A stretch of DNA of 64,000 nt from Mobula hypostoma (Eukaryota), in assembly GCF_963921235.1 (NCBI RefSeq), contig NC_086109.1:28336001-28400000 (forward strand), written 5' to 3'. Made by a program: the position numbers and the translations under genes. Of this stretch, positions 63,515 through 64,000 are shown piece by piece. Below the pieces are notes generated by a model that had not been told where the DNA came from, did no database searches, and saw nothing but the letters and a program-made list of their open reading frames with translations. Position 1 is the stretch's first letter, and every line of letters begins with the position of its first letter.

Positions 63515-64000
63515 TTGAACCCAGAATGTTACTGCACAGCACAGGCCCTTCATCCCACAATGTTGTACTGACAGTTTGCCCTACTCCACGATCAATCTAA
63601 TCTTACCCTTCCACAAAGCCAATAACTCTCCATTTTTCTCTACATCCATGTGCTTCTCTTACAGTCTCTTAAATATCCCTGTTGTAACAGAGCCCATCAC
63701 CACCTCTGGCAGTGCATGCCAGGCAACATACTCCATTTAAAAACACTACTTCTGACATCTCCCCTGAGCTTTCTTCAGTCACCCAAAACTGATGTCCTTT
63801 GGTATTGGTCATTGTTACCCTGGGAATAAAGGGCAATGGCTGCCCGATCTGTATATACCTGTCTCAATCTTATACACATCAATCAAGTTGCCTCTTATCA
63901 TTCTTCATTCCAAAGAGAAAACTATTACTCCACTCAGTATTTCTTTATACTCTACTCTACTCCATGTGACATTCTACTAGATCTCCTCTGTACCCCCTCT
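63515..64000 (-). mobile_element. Decayed CR1 3' end running off the window
   Basis: actgcacagcacaggcccttcatcccacaatgttgt (reverse CR1 3' UTR); minus strand RGNLIDVYKIET.I motif at ~63860-63900. Confidence 0.7.

Noticed and set aside
1..64000. Prokaryotic systems (operons, CRISPR arrays, defence islands, retrons)
   Set aside because: No gene-dense organisation and no repeat-spacer array; all RT-like ORFs have CR1, Rex1 or Gypsy motifs in a vertebrate-type repeat landscape.

Overview
AT-rich eukaryotic non-coding DNA (intronic or intergenic), very likely a vertebrate. The repeat complement (many CR1 LINEs, Rex1/Babar LINEs, V-domain tRNA-SINEs, Penelope-like termini) suggests a cartilaginous fish such as a ray; this is inference only. 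I could not identify any host protein-coding exon with confidence, and every recognisable long ORF derives from a transposable element. Main content: (1) many CR1 fragments, two of them young with long ORF2 frames (30869-33436, 42908-44131); (2) Rex1/Babar fragments, one with an internal inverted duplication (27141-29818); (3) a decayed minus-strand Gypsy element (15702-20717) split by a solo LTR and lacking its 3' LTR; (4) a Sushi-like chromodomain Gypsy element with two 319-bp LTRs and a 5-bp TSD (30146-36404), inserted in the head of a tRNA-SINE; (5) an internally deleted hAT transposon and two ~80-bp hAT MITEs; (6) two CpG-rich non-coding retroposons; (7) about a dozen Penelope-like element (PLE) terminal remnants, many of them fold-back palindromes with a minimal type I hammerhead ribozyme motif, the three young ones with ~13-bp TSDs. 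The most interesting signal is these hammerhead-bearing palindromes, several of which fold back at the ribozyme core. PLE hammerheads are already described, so this is at most a new local pattern and not demonstrably a new system.
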